A DNA stretch of 64,000 nucleotides from an uncultured Acidobacteriota bacterium (GCA_963804995.1 CAWDSK010000003.1:1024001-1088000); one strand, 5' to 3'; counted from the first letter of the stretch, positions 42,081-52,668 are shown. Translations and numbers: made by a program. Notes: generated by a model not told the origin, from the sequence alone.

Positions 42081-43169
42081 CTAGTGTCCTGAGTCAGAAG
42101 TTCGCTTACAAAATCGGGCCACGGCTTCAAGAATTTGGTCAGCCGTTTTGGTCCAAATGAAAGGTTTAGGGTCTTGGTTATAAGTTTCCACGTAGTGCCG
42201 CAAGGTCGCTTCCAGTTCTTGGGTGCTGCGGTGTACTCCGCGCCGGAGTTGTCGTTCGGTCAGGGTCGCGAACCAGCGCTCGACCAAGTTGATCCAGGAC
42301 GACCCGGTGGGAGTAAAGTGCCAATGGTAGCGAGGATGGCGCACCAGCCAGCGTCGAATCGAGGGCGTCTTGTGCGTGCCATAGTTATCCAGAATCAGGT
42401 GCACGTCCAATTGGGCGGGCGTGGCGGCATCGACCGTGTCCAGAAACTGGCGAAACTCGATGGCGCGATGCCGACGATGGCACTCGCCGATGACTTGGCC
42501 ACTGGCCATCTCCAGAGCGGCAAACAGCGAGGTGGTGCCATGGCGCTCGTAATCGTGCGTTCGCCGCTCGATCTGCCCGGGTCGCAGGGGGAGCAAAGGT
42601 TGGGTTCGGTCCAAGGCTTGGATCTGGGCCTTTTCATCCACGCAGAGCACCAAGGCCCGTTCGGGCGGGTTCAGATAGAGTCCCACGATATCCCGCACCT
42701 TCTCGATAAACAGCGGGTCGCGCGACAGTTTGAAGGTTTCGCTGCGATGGGGTTGCAAGGCAAAGGCCCGCCAGATGCGGCTGACCGCACTCTGGCTCAT
42801 CCCGCAACGCCGGGCCATCAGTCGGGTGCTCCAGTGGGTCGCGTTCGACGGCATCGATTCCAGCGTCATGGTCAATACCTGTTCCACCTGCGCGTCGTGG
42901 ATCTGGCGCGGTGCTCCGGGGCGGGGTTCGTCCAGCAGCCCCTCCAGACGCTGGGCGACGAATCGGCCTCGCCACTTGCCCACGGTTCGCTGACACAACC
43001 GCAGGGCAAGGCTCACTTCGGTATTGCTTTGGTCCTCCGCGCAGGCCAGTACAATGCGCGCGCGCAACGCCAGCGCTTGCGCCGTTTTCGGCCGCCGTGC
43101 CCAGCGCTGCAAGGTTTCGCGCTCTTCCAAGCTCAAACTCAATTTCGGTATAGGGCGTCCTCGTGGCAT
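42081..43169 (-). CDS. IS630 transposase
   Basis: HTH N-terminus; [24 protein letters not shown] (DDE); stop codon uses the flanking TA. Confidence 0.96.
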   Translation of the reverse strand: MPRGRPIPKLSLSLEERETLQRWARRPKTAQALALRARIVLACAEDQSNTEVSLALRLCQRTVGKWRGRFVAQRLEGLLDEPRPGAPRQIHDAQVEQVLTMTLESMPSNATHWSTRLMARRCGMSQSAVSRIWRAFALQPHRSETFKLSRDPLFIEKVRDIVGLYLNPPERALVLCVDEKAQIQALDRTQPLLPLRPGQIERRTHDYERHGTTSLFAALEMASGQVIGECHRRHRAIEFRQFLDTVDAATPAQLDVHLILDNYGTHKTPSIRRWLVRHPRYHWHFTPTGSSWINLVERWFATLTERQLRRGVHRSTQELEATLRHYVETYNQDPKPFIWTKTADQILEAVARFCKRTSDSGH

Positions 43170-43241
43170 TGGATTCCTCCTGGTTATAAACCCAATGCAC
43201 GGGAACTGCCATTTATTGAGCGAACTTCTGACTCAGGACAC
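42084..43241 (-). mobile_element. Complete IS630-family insertion sequence
   Basis: 23-bp perfect TIR GTGTCCTGAGTCAGAAGTTCGCT (28/31 extended); TA on both flanks (CTAG context). Confidence 0.96.
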
Positions 43242-43495
43242 TAGTGTCATGAGTCATAAGTTAGTCAGCCCGCAAAGCGGGCGAAAGATCGTAGCCCGCG
43301 GCGACCCTGCTACGCGGGCTGAATTGCACGGTCCCAGGGCCGCACGATTTACACATCGAACTTCTGGGACACGACGCTGGGGAAAAGCGCTTTGGTGCTA
43401 AGCGGTGACTGGGAAGCAAGCTGGCTCGCGCCGGAGGCTCAATGTCAACCTGATCGGAGGATCGTTTCATGCCTGTACAACTATCCCGTTGAGAG

Positions 43496-44569
43496 ATGAT
43501 CAAGACCGTAGGAGCAACTGCGCTATTAAGCCCGCTAGCTTCGGGGGCCGTCACGCCAGGGCTGCACGACGAGGGTCCCGATACCCCCAAAATCTGCCTG
43601 GAAATCAGCGAAGGTTGGAACGGCCCGAATGAGGCCAGCATGCGCCGCATAAAGCAACTCGGCGTAAACCATGTACTCACCGGAGGCCCGCAGATTCCTT
43701 GGCAGGAAAGCCAAATTCGCGCCCTCATGGACCGCCTTAAAACCGGAGGCCTGACCCTGGGAAACCTTATGATCTGGGGGTTCCCCAACACGCTCTATGG
43801 AAGGCCGGGGCGTGACGAAGAGATTCGCCTTGTTCAGCAATCCATCCGCGCGGCCGGGGCAGCGGGCTTGCCAGTGGTGGAATACAATTTCTATGCCCAT
43901 CGCATAGTGGAAGGTTATTACGAGGAAATTGGCAGGGCAGGCGCGGGGATGACAGCGTTTGACTATGAGCGCGTCAAAAACCTGCCTCCGCTCCCGGACG
44001 AGGGCGCGCACAACCTCGAAGAAATGTGGAGCAACATTACTTATTTTTTGAAGGCCGTCGTCCCGGTCGCGGAGCAATCGGGAGTGCGGCTCGCCCTGCA
44101 TCCGAACGACCCGCCTGCCCCCCTCAGCCGCGGGTCAGAGCAGATCATGGGAACCTTGGCAGGGTGGAAGCGCCTTATCGATATCGTTCCCAGCAAATCG
44201 AACGGGATCACCTTCGACTGCGGTGTAACCCGCGAATTGGGAGAAGATCCGGTGGAGGTGTGCCGCTACTTCGGATCCAGGGACCGCATCAATCACATGC
44301 ATTTTCGCAACGTGCGGGTGGCGAAACCTCGTGAGAGGTACACGGAGGTTTTCCTGGACGAAGGTCAGGTCGATATGTTTCGAGTCATGAAGGAGCTGGT
44401 GCGGCAGAAATACCCGCGCCTGATCTTTCCTGAGCACCCGCGCGGACTCGACGCTGACCAGGTGAATCCCGATTTCAAGTCTGGCTACCCCGGGGGAGGC
44501 GCCTACACGGGCTATGCCTACAACGTGGGTTACACCCGCGCTATGCTCCAGGCAGCGTTGGAGGGCTGA
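43496..44569 (+). CDS. Mannonate dehydratase (UxuA) family protein
   Basis: GRPGRDEEI, YNF, LALHPNDPP, HFRNV, FPEHP. Confidence 0.85.
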   Translation: MIKTVGATALLSPLASGAVTPGLHDEGPDTPKICLEISEGWNGPNEASMRRIKQLGVNHVLTGGPQIPWQESQIRALMDRLKTGGLTLGNLMIWGFPNTLYGRPGRDEEIRLVQQSIRAAGAAGLPVVEYNFYAHRIVEGYYEEIGRAGAGMTAFDYERVKNLPPLPDEGAHNLEEMWSNITYFLKAVVPVAEQSGVRLALHPNDPPAPLSRGSEQIMGTLAGWKRLIDIVPSKSNGITFDCGVTRELGEDPVEVCRYFGSRDRINHMHFRNVRVAKPRERYTEVFLDEGQVDMFRVMKELVRQKYPRLIFPEHPRGLDADQVNPDFKSGYPGGGAYTGYAYNVGYTRAMLQAALEG

Positions 44570-44605
44570 GGGCGCACCACCAAGCCATGCAGGCACGGGC
44601 TGGCG

Positions 44606-46518
44606 GTTGCGGTAGGGATACCGGTTACCCGGTACCCCCCGCACGGATCCGTACGTGCGCTGGTTAGCGCATACGGCTCTTATCTCGGATGTGTGGCGGC
44701 GAACCGTTGGGATGGCCAAGGATGCACAACGTGCGGAGCAGGCAACCAGCAGGCCGCAAGCTTCCCCAGTCGGTCCCAGTTGAGGCGGTGGCGTTGACTG
44801 CGTTGACGCAGTTGTGTTCGCCACAGTCGGGTCAACCGTTCCCGAAAGATTCGCAGGCGGTTGAGGTTTCCCGGTACCGCGTGATAGTTGAAGTAGCCTT
44901 GCACGACCGACCGGAGCCATTTACCCGTATCCGCGATGGGATCGTGCCGACGCTGCCGGAGTTGTTGCTTGAGTTCCTGCAACTTCCCCCGCAGGCGCTT
45001 GCTGATCGTCTTCCGCTTCACGGTAAATTGCCCCCTCCGGTTCTTCCCGCTGATATGCGTGAAGCCCAGAAAGTCGAACGTCTCCGGCTTACCTTCTCCT
45101 CTCCGTTTCCGGTAAAGTTCGGCAAACGGCCCGAACTCGATCCGGCGCGTTTTGTCAGGATGCAGTTCCAATCCAAACTTCCCCACCCGCTCCCGGAAAT
45201 CCTCCAGAAAGCGGTCGGCTTCCGTCTGCGCTTGGAATCCAAGGACCGTATCGTCGGCATACCGCACCACGACCACGTCTCCCCGGGCGTGCTTCTTGCG
45301 CCACGCCTGCACCCACAGGTCAAAGACGTAGTGCAGATAGATATTCGCCAGCAGGGGCGAGACCACCGCCCCTTGTGGCGTACCCATCTCCGTCTCCGAC
45401 CATTCGCCTTCCTCCCTCACCCCGGCTTTCAGCCATTTCTGGATGAGCCGGAGAATCCGGGGGTCGGCGACGCGATGCTGCACGAACTTGAGCATCCATT
45501 CGTGGGATATCGAATCGAAAAATCCACGAATGTCCGCGTCAAGAACGTAGTTCACGTGCTTCACCGTGAGCGCGTACGAGAGCGCGTCCAGCGCTTGATG
45601 CTGGCTGCGTCCCGGTCGAAAGCCATACGAGAAGCCCAGAAAGTCTTCCTCGTAAATCGCCTTGAGGATGGTGACCACGGCCTGTTGGACGATCTTGTCC
45701 TCCAGTGCCGCAACCCCCAACGGACGTTGCCGCCCGTCGCCTTTCGGGATATACGCCCTTCGCGAGGGCTTCGCTCGGAATGCTCCGCGGTGGACCCGGC
45801 TGTGCAGATCGACGAGTCGACCTTCCAGCCCGCTTTCATACTCCTGCCACGTCATGCCGTCTACTCCCGGTGCAGCTTTTCGCTTCAAGGCGTAAAAGCT
45901 TTCCCGCAGCAGATCGACCGTTAAGTGGTGGAGCAAGGCCGTGAACTTCATCTCCCTGTGTTCCTTCGCGGCTTTCCGCACACCCGCGAGTCCCTGGGAC
46001 ACGCGTGCCCCGCTCTGTGTCGGGTGCGTGTTAGGCCAACGGGTGTTCTCCTTGATCAGCGGCCTTCCCTCCTCATTCTCCGCCAACGGCTTCCCGTCTT
46101 TGTTCAAATGATTCATCGGTACTGTTCCGCTGTCCGACTCCTCGAGAGCGTGCAGGCGGGCTGTACGGCCATCGCCTTTTCCCGCCGTCCGGCCACGATC
46201 TACGGCGGCCGGCGCCTCCGAGGTCTCCCGGTTCTCGTGCAGAAAGTGTCTAGGCGTGTCTGGGGTCTACGACTACGCAGGACTGTGCCGGAACTCGCGT
46301 TGGCGTCCCGGCCTCATGTTGCCTTCCGTTTAGTCTGAAAACGTCGGCGTCCTGATTGGACATTTTCGAAGCTCAATACCCAGCCCACCTATTCCCCTGT
46401 TTACGCTTCACCGTGCGCCTCACGACGCCCAGCGCAAAACTCGGGGCCGAGTGGATTGCTGCTCCTTCCTCGTGAGAAATTTTCATTCTCTGCTTTCTGC
46501 CGGTTTATCCCGGCGCAC
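44606..46518 (-). mobile_element. Group II intron, copy 1 (1913 bp)
   Basis: 5' GTGCG; domain V GAGCCGTATGCG...CGCACGTACGGATC (AGC triad); domain VI ending ...CCCTACCGCAAC; boundaries confirmed by comparison with copy 2. Confidence 0.96.
44680..46116 (-). CDS. ltrA: Group II intron reverse transcriptase/maturase, no endonuclease domain
   Basis: APGVDG, RPLG, FSYGFRPGR, GTPQGAVVSPLLANIYL, RYADD, FDFLGF; resembles bacterial class E IEPs (class is inference). Confidence 0.95.
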   Translation of the reverse strand: MNHLNKDGKPLAENEEGRPLIKENTRWPNTHPTQSGARVSQGLAGVRKAAKEHREMKFTALLHHLTVDLLRESFYALKRKAAPGVDGMTWQEYESGLEGRLVDLHSRVHRGAFRAKPSRRAYIPKGDGRQRPLGVAALEDKIVQQAVVTILKAIYEEDFLGFSYGFRPGRSQHQALDALSYALTVKHVNYVLDADIRGFFDSISHEWMLKFVQHRVADPRILRLIQKWLKAGVREEGEWSETEMGTPQGAVVSPLLANIYLHYVFDLWVQAWRKKHARGDVVVVRYADDTVLGFQAQTEADRFLEDFRERVGKFGLELHPDKTRRIEFGPFAELYRKRRGEGKPETFDFLGFTHISGKNRRGQFTVKRKTISKRLRGKLQELKQQLRQRRHDPIADTGKWLRSVVQGYFNYHAVPGNLNRLRIFRERLTRLWRTQLRQRSQRHRLNWDRLGKLAACWLPAPHVVHPWPSQRFAATHPR

Positions 46519-46589
46519 CAGACTCCTGTACTTTGGAGTCTGCGATGTCCCAAAGGGACACTCGCTCGGCAATGGATCAGGTCCACTCT

Positions 46590-46718
46590 GGGGCACCGCA
46601 GACCCCAAAGGTCGGGGGTCTGCGCCAGCCGGTGTACAGCCTGGGACCACTGCATTTCAGAATGAGCCTCAACCCGGGGCACCGCAGACCCCAAAGGTCG
46701 GGGGTCTGCGCCAGCCGG
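46590..46718 (+). repeat. Two identical 43-bp REP units (GCAGACCCC-AAAGGTCG-GGGGTCTGCGCCAGCC), 86-bp period
   Basis: 46590-46632 and 46676-46718. Confidence 0.92.
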
Positions 46719-46957
46719 CGTGGGTTTTACCCGGGCGATGCTCCAAGCAGCGTTGGACGGCTAGCTCCATGCAGATTGACTGCGGACGGTTGCCACTGGG
46801 ATATCGGGCGTGAGAAGCGCCCACGGTCAGAAAAAACGCTGACCGTGGCTACCTCCTCCTGTTTCTTGGGCACTGCGCCAGCCGGCGGTCCGAAGGTGCT
46901 CCGCAACAAGGCGCTCGAACCAAGTGGGGGGAGTTCTCAGGACTTGCGCAATCCGCT

Positions 46958-47899
46958 ATGATGCAGGCCATGGACGTTGCCATCCGCTGCCGCCAACTCC
47001 GCAAAACCTACGAGGGCAATATTGAAGCTGTCCGCGGCCTCGACTTGGAAATCCAGGCCGGTGAATGCTTCGGACTGTTGGGCCCCAATGGCGCAGGCAA
47101 GACAACTACGATTGAAATCCTGGAGGGATTGCTTGAGCCCACCTCCGGCGAGGTTGAAATCCTGGGGAGCACCTGGGACGCGCATAATCGCGAACTGCGT
47201 GAAGTGCTGGGAATATCGCTTCAGGAAACGCGCCTGGCGGAGAAGTTGACCGTGCGAGAGACGGTGGAGCTGTTTGCCAGCTTCTATCGCCGCCCGCGCC
47301 CGCCGGCCGAAGTCATGGCGGAAATAGGGCTCACCGAAAAGGCTGACACCTGGGTGGGGAGGCTTTCCGGCGGGCAGAAACAGCGCCTGGCCGTGGCCAC
47401 CGCCTTGGTGGCAAATCCAAAGATTTTGTTCCTCGACGAGCCCACCACTGGCCTTGACCCGCAGAGTCGCCGCCAGGTATGGGAGATCATTCGACAGTTC
47501 CAGGAGCGGGGCGGGACGGTTCTATTGACGACGCACTACATGGACGAAGCCGAGCGGCTCTCAGACCGCATCGCCATCATCGACCACGGGCTCCTGATTG
47601 CTTCCGGCACGCCGGCGGAATTGATCGAGCGCCTGGGTGGCCACCACATCGTGGAATTCGACGCCTCCGGGGATGGCCTTCGTGACTCAGTTGAGTGGCG
47701 CTCGCTTCCCGGCGTTGAGGCAGTGCACGAGGAAGGCGGCAGAATCCTCTTGAGTGTGCGCGAACCACATCAGACCATCCCCGCGCTGCTGGCAGCCTTG
47801 GAAGCCCGCAACTCGCACCTGCTGCACCTCACCACGCGCCAGGCCAGCCTGGAGGACGTGTTCGTGCATCTTACCGGGCGCCACCTGCGTGAGGAGTAA
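46958..47899 (+). CDS. ABC-2 exporter ATP-binding protein
   Basis: GPNGAGKTT, LSGGQKQR, FLDEPTTGLD, TTHYMDEAE. Confidence 0.95.
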   Translation: MMQAMDVAIRCRQLRKTYEGNIEAVRGLDLEIQAGECFGLLGPNGAGKTTTIEILEGLLEPTSGEVEILGSTWDAHNRELREVLGISLQETRLAEKLTVRETVELFASFYRRPRPPAEVMAEIGLTEKADTWVGRLSGGQKQRLAVATALVANPKILFLDEPTTGLDPQSRRQVWEIIRQFQERGGTVLLTTHYMDEAERLSDRIAIIDHGLLIASGTPAELIERLGGHHIVEFDASGDGLRDSVEWRSLPGVEAVHEEGGRILLSVREPHQTIPALLAALEARNSHLLHLTTRQASLEDVFVHLTGRHLREE

Positions 47900-47979
47900 A
47901 CGGGGTAGTGTGATAGTTTGTGAAGGCTTGTGAGGGGTTGTAAAGGATTCGGCCAGCTACGCCCAACCAGGAGAATAAA

Positions 47980-49052
47980 GTGGGTTCCACCGAAGTCGCG
48001 CTCGAAAACGGCCGCTGGGAAGGATACGCGCACCTGCTCCTGGCGCGCCTGAAGGAAATGTATCGCGAGCCGGAGGTCATCTTCTGGGTGTTCGCGTTTC
48101 CTATCCTTCTGGCACTGGGGTTGGGGATTGCCTTCCGCAACAAGCCCGCCGATACCAGCCGCGTGGTCATCGTGGCGGGCCCGGAAGCGACGCGCGTCTC
48201 ACAACTCCTTAGCGCTGCGACCGCCGGGGGCGTGATTCATGCCGAAGTGCTCCCCGCCGCCGACGCTTTCAACCAGTTTCGCCTCGGCAAATTCGACCTC
48301 GTGGTAACCCCGCAATCTGGCGAGTATGAATACCGCTACGACCCGGCGCGTCCGGAGAGCGTGTTGGCACGCAACACGGTGGATGACGCCCTGCAGACCG
48401 CCGCGGGGAGAAAGAATCCGGTGCCCACCAACAGTCGCGTTTCGAGCGAGGCGGGATCGCGATACATCGACTTCCTGATTCCGGGTTTGCTGGGCATGAA
48501 TTTGATGAACTCGGGCATGTGGGGTGTCGGGTTTGCACTCGTCGATATGCGCCAGCGGAAGCTTCTCAAACGTTTTGTGGCCAGCCCCATGCGACGGGGG
48601 GATTTTCTGCTCGCACTTGCCAGCAGCCGCCTAGTTTTGATGTTAATTGAATTGGCGCTGCTGCTTGGCTTTGGCGTGCTGGTTTTTCACCTGCGCGTCA
48701 TGGGCTCGCTGCTGTCGATCCTGTCATCAGCACGCTAGGAGCGCTTTGCTTCGGTGGAGTAGGCCTGCTCACAGCCAGCCGCGCTCAAAAAATCGAGAGT
48801 GTCAGTGGGCTGATCAATTTGGTCATGATGCCGATGTGGATTCTCTCCGGCGTCTTCTTTTCCTACGAGCGATTCCCTGCCCTCCTGCAACCGCTGATTC
48901 AAGCCCTGCCTCTCACCGCGCTGAATGACGCGCTCCGCGCCGCGATCCTGGAGGGCGCACCGCTCACCCACCAGGCGGTGCGACTCCTCGTGCTCTCCGT
49001 GTGGGGGGTCGGTTCTTATTTCCTGGCCCTGCGCTGGTTTCGGTGGACGTAG
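47980..49052 (+). CDS. ABC-2 exporter permease (frameshift near 48725)
   Basis: FWVFAFPILL, RYIDFLIPGLLGM, LSGVFFS...LPLT. Confidence 0.9.
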
Positions 49053-49054
49053 GG

Positions 49055-49240
49055 GAGAAGTTAGGAGCTAGAAGTTTGGAGATGGGAGTTATGAATTATG
49101 AGTTATGAGTTGAGCGTTAGGATTCAGAGTTGAGGGTTATGGAATCGACATCACGCTAACACCTGACGCCTAACTCATAACTCATAATTCATAACTCATA
49201 ACTTCTAACTCCTAGCTCCTCGCTCCTGGCTCCTGCCCCC
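49055..49240. repeat. Inverted heptamer arrays (GAGTTAT)n / (ATAACTC)n between convergent genes
   Basis: ggagttatgaattatgagttatgagtt ... aactcataactcataattcataactc. Confidence 0.88.
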
Positions 49241-49245
49241 GCTCC

Positions 49246-49905
49246 TCACCGCTTCTTCAAAGTGACCGCCAGCCCGCCCCCCTGCATGTAGAAAATGGTT
49301 TCCAGGTCCTGGTTGGAGGTCACCGCTTTGACGTAATCAGGAACCATCTCGACGTTATGAGCCAGAATCAATCCACCGGGCCGCACGAGGGGCAGGACCT
49401 TATTGAGGTAATCCACATAGCCGGGCTTATCGGCATCGATAAAGGCCAGATCGATGCGCATCTTCAGCTTCGCAACGTTTTCGTGCGCGTCACCCTCCAC
49501 AACCGTGACCAGGGTCTCGACACCGGCATCCTTAAAGTGCCCACGCGCCATTGCTGCCCGCTCGTGATCGATCTCAAACGTGGTCAGGTGGCCGCCTGTC
49601 TTCTCAAGCGCCAGGCAAAACCACAGGCCCGAATACCCTGTCGAAGTACCGATCTCGACAACCTGCTTGGCGTCGGCTGTTTCGGCGAGCAATCGCAGCG
49701 CCTCGCCGTCTTCAAGCGGGACGCTGAGGTAGGTCCGATGGAACTTCACCATGTGATCCATGATGGGCAGAATCTTTTTCTCCGCTTCCGTCTGCGCGAC
49801 CGGGGGATTAGAGGGAAGGGCCGGACGTGCCGGCCGATCTTGGGGTAGAGCCATACCCACCACCGCCAATAGAATACTCATAACTATGACCATGCGCTTC
49901 ATCAT
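49246..49905 (-). CDS. Class I SAM-dependent O-methyltransferase with signal peptide
   Basis: VEIGTSTGYSG, FIDADK...Y, RPGGLILAHNV; N-terminus MKRMVIVMSILLAVVGMA. Confidence 0.9.
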   Translation of the reverse strand: MMKRMVIVMSILLAVVGMALPQDRPARPALPSNPPVAQTEAEKKILPIMDHMVKFHRTYLSVPLEDGEALRLLAETADAKQVVEIGTSTGYSGLWFCLALEKTGGHLTTFEIDHERAAMARGHFKDAGVETLVTVVEGDAHENVAKLKMRIDLAFIDADKPGYVDYLNKVLPLVRPGGLILAHNVEMVPDYVKAVTSNQDLETIFYMQGGGLAVTLKKR

Positions 49906-49944
49906 TTCCAGTCTCCTTAAATGCTATGCTCTCTTGGGCAGGCA

Positions 49945-52668
49945 TTACTGGCCCGTGAGTCGAAAGGAATAATCTCCTGACCCCACCTCAATGGCAAAGT
50001 CGTGGTGCTCCTCCATCACCTTGGTAATTCCCGGATCTCCGGAAACATATTGGCCCTTCTCCCAAATCACTCGGCCATTTTCCTCGATGACAAAATCCGA
50101 CATCCCCCTCGGCTTGGGGATAATCACGCGTGCGTCAGCGCCCACGGGAATCGCCACTTTGAGCGTGACTGCGCCCGGCGATTGGGTCCAGGAGGAAGTA
50201 AGGGCGCCTCGAATCGTTTCCACCGTAGCGGAAGTCCAATCGAGGTCTTCCACAATCTGGGGTTGGATGCGGATGTGCCGATACCCCGCGCCATCTGCGT
50301 CCACATTGAGGCCCGCCAGCGCCTGGTAAAACCATGAGCCCACGCTGCCGAACATGATGTGATCGTGCGAGTTCATCCCGTGCCCGGTCTTTTCCTGCCA
50401 CAGCTCCCAGAGCGTCGTGGCGCCTCGCGCCAGCATATACCCCCAACTGGGGTAGGTAGTTTGCACCGCAAGGTCATAGGCCAGATCGGAGCGCCCCACG
50501 GCCGTGAGCGCCGGCATCAGGAACTTGACGCCGATAAGGCCTGTCGTGACGTGGGTATTATGATAATAGACTATATCATTGGTAAGGTTCATGGCCACCG
50601 CGCCGCGCCGGTCCTCTGGAACCAGATCGAGGTACAGGGCCATGGCGTTGGCGGTCTGAGTGCCGTTCGCATACTGATTAGTATCGGCGTGGAAGAAGGT
50701 GCGATTCAAGGCCTCGCGAATTCCCTGCGCAAGCTGGCTGTATGAAGCTGCCTCCGTGGAATTCCCCAGAACTCCCTCGATTCGCGCCAGAGTCTCCACA
50801 TCGTCGTAGTACCAGATATCCGCAATGTAATCATAGGGAGTGTGCTCAATCTCCACCCAATCCCCTTCGTGTCCGAAGTGGGCGCGGAAAACATTGTCGG
50901 TCGCCTGGCGGCGGAGGAACTCCACATATTTCTTCAGACCCTTCTCGTTTTGCTCCAAAATGCGTCGATCCCCGTACTGCTCCCACATGTACCAACAAAG
51001 CAATGGATAGGCCGTCTCCCAGCCGAGGTCTGCCGGGTACATGCCGTACTTGCGCGGGACGGTGGCGGGCAGCGCCCCGTCCGGCCCCTGGGCGTCCGCG
51101 ATGTCGCGGATGAAGTTGGTGTAGAACGCCGCCATATCGAAATTCAGCATGGCTTCTTCCCCGGTCGCCCAGGCGTCACCCATCCAACCCTGGCGCTCAT
51201 TGCGCTGGTCGCAATCGGTCGGAACGCTCATCAGGTTGGTGAGCTGGGACCAGTGAATGAGCCTCTGGATATCATTGAGGATGGGCTTGGAGGCCAGAAA
51301 GCTTCCCGTTGTGTTTACAGCCGTGTGCACCACCCGCCCACGCAACGAATCCAGACTGGGAGTTCCGGGGAACCCCGTCACCTCAACGTAGCGGAATCCA
51401 TGGTAGGTGAACCGCGCCTCGTAAGTCTCAACCCCCTCCCCACGCAGGGTATAAACATCGCGGGATTTAGCTGTATTGATAGTAGCACGGTTGAGCATAC
51501 CGTTCTCATAAAGCAACTCGGCATAGCGCAGAGTGACCTGGGTCCCTGCCGGTCCCTGTACCCGCAAGCGGGCCCAGCCGCTCATGTTCTGCCCCATGTC
51601 GAAAAGGTACACCCCGGGCTGAGGACTGGTAAGGCGCACGGGGACAAGGGTGTCGACAACCCGGATGGGTGGCATCATCTGCGCGGAGCGAATGCCCGCC
51701 GAGCCTTCGACCGTCTGTGCGGCGCTCCAGGCGGAGTCGTCGAATCCCGGTGTGTCCCACCCCGTCGTTTCGCGGCGCGCGTCATAAACTTCGCCATCAA
51801 AAATGCTGTCTTCGAGGATCGGCCCGCGCGTGGTTTTCCAGGCGCCATCACTTGCGACGCTGAGTTGCCGGCCACCCTCCATCTCAATATTCATTTGCAG
51901 GAGAAAGGCGGGTGACTGGTAGTAGGCAAAATCCGCAAACTGCGTTGCCCAACCGCCGCCCAGCGTGACGGCAACCGCATTCGGCCCCTGGCGCAGGGCG
52001 GAAGAGATGTCATAAGTCGAATAGAGGACCCGCTGCGGATAGGTCGTCCATCCCGGGTCTAACACATTCTGGCCGATCTTCCTTCCGTTTACTCTTAACT
52101 CGTAATAACCCAGGGCGGTTATGTAGACGCGGGCGCCCGTTGCCCCTGCGCTCAACGTAAATTCTTTGCGGAACTCATTGCCCTTGCCGCTCCCGCCGCC
52201 GATCCAAACCCCCTTCCACTCGTCTCGAGACAAGAGTCCCATGCCAAACCGCGCCGTCCGGCTATAGCCGCTCCCCTTCCCTTCCTTGTCCCAGTACCGC
52301 ACCTTCCAGTAGTAGGCCCGGCCACTTTCAAGTGCCTTGCCACCGTAGACGACCTGGGTGGAATCCTCCGATTGCACCTTGCCGCTGTCCCATTGGTCAC
52401 CGCGATCTTGCGCCAGGGTGTCAGGCTTGGTGGCAACCAGCACCTGGTAGGCGACCTGTTTCTCGCCGCGTTCGGAATGAGCGAGCACCCAGGAAAAGCG
52501 GGGCCGTGGCGTATCGACACCCATCGGATCAGAAAGGTACTCACAGCGCAGGTTCGCGGGCGCTCCGGGTCCGCTGACAGTCTGGCAATAGGACGATGCG
52601 AGCCCGTACCACACTGACAAAATCCCAACCAGGACGAACCTCGTGAAGAAGTTATACATTTTGAACAT
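49945..52668 (-). CDS. Alpha-L-rhamnosidase, GH78
   Basis: NLRCEY, FDMGQNMSG, FTYHGFRYV, PTDCDQRNERQGWMGD, GATTLWE, NSHDHIMFG. Confidence 0.95.
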   Translation of the reverse strand: MFKMYNFFTRFVLVGILSVWYGLASSYCQTVSGPGAPANLRCEYLSDPMGVDTPRPRFSWVLAHSERGEKQVAYQVLVATKPDTLAQDRGDQWDSGKVQSEDSTQVVYGGKALESGRAYYWKVRYWDKEGKGSGYSRTARFGMGLLSRDEWKGVWIGGGSGKGNEFRKEFTLSAGATGARVYITALGYYELRVNGRKIGQNVLDPGWTTYPQRVLYSTYDISSALRQGPNAVAVTLGGGWATQFADFAYYQSPAFLLQMNIEMEGGRQLSVASDGAWKTTRGPILEDSIFDGEVYDARRETTGWDTPGFDDSAWSAAQTVEGSAGIRSAQMMPPIRVVDTLVPVRLTSPQPGVYLFDMGQNMSGWARLRVQGPAGTQVTLRYAELLYENGMLNRATINTAKSRDVYTLRGEGVETYEARFTYHGFRYVEVTGFPGTPSLDSLRGRVVHTAVNTTGSFLASKPILNDIQRLIHWSQLTNLMSVPTDCDQRNERQGWMGDAWATGEEAMLNFDMAAFYTNFIRDIADAQGPDGALPATVPRKYGMYPADLGWETAYPLLCWYMWEQYGDRRILEQNEKGLKKYVEFLRRQATDNVFRAHFGHEGDWVEIEHTPYDYIADIWYYDDVETLARIEGVLGNSTEAASYSQLAQGIREALNRTFFHADTNQYANGTQTANAMALYLDLVPEDRRGAVAMNLTNDIVYYHNTHVTTGLIGVKFLMPALTAVGRSDLAYDLAVQTTYPSWGYMLARGATTLWELWQEKTGHGMNSHDHIMFGSVGSWFYQALAGLNVDADGAGYRHIRIQPQIVEDLDWTSATVETIRGALTSSWTQSPGAVTLKVAIPVGADARVIIPKPRGMSDFVIEENGRVIWEKGQYVSGDPGITKVMEEHHDFAIEVGSGDYSFRLTGQ

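Noticed and set aside
42135..43244. 369-aa plus-strand ORF
   Set aside because: Antisense shadow of the IS630 transposase.
44689..45924. 411-aa plus-strand ORF (and its twin at 52980-54215)
   Set aside because: Antisense shadow of the intron RT.
46590..46718. Mini-CRISPR or DGR/retron linked to the adjacent RT
   Set aside because: Only two units, which match the dispersed REP family. The RT lies within a complete group II intron and no TR/VR pair with A-specific mismatches is seen.
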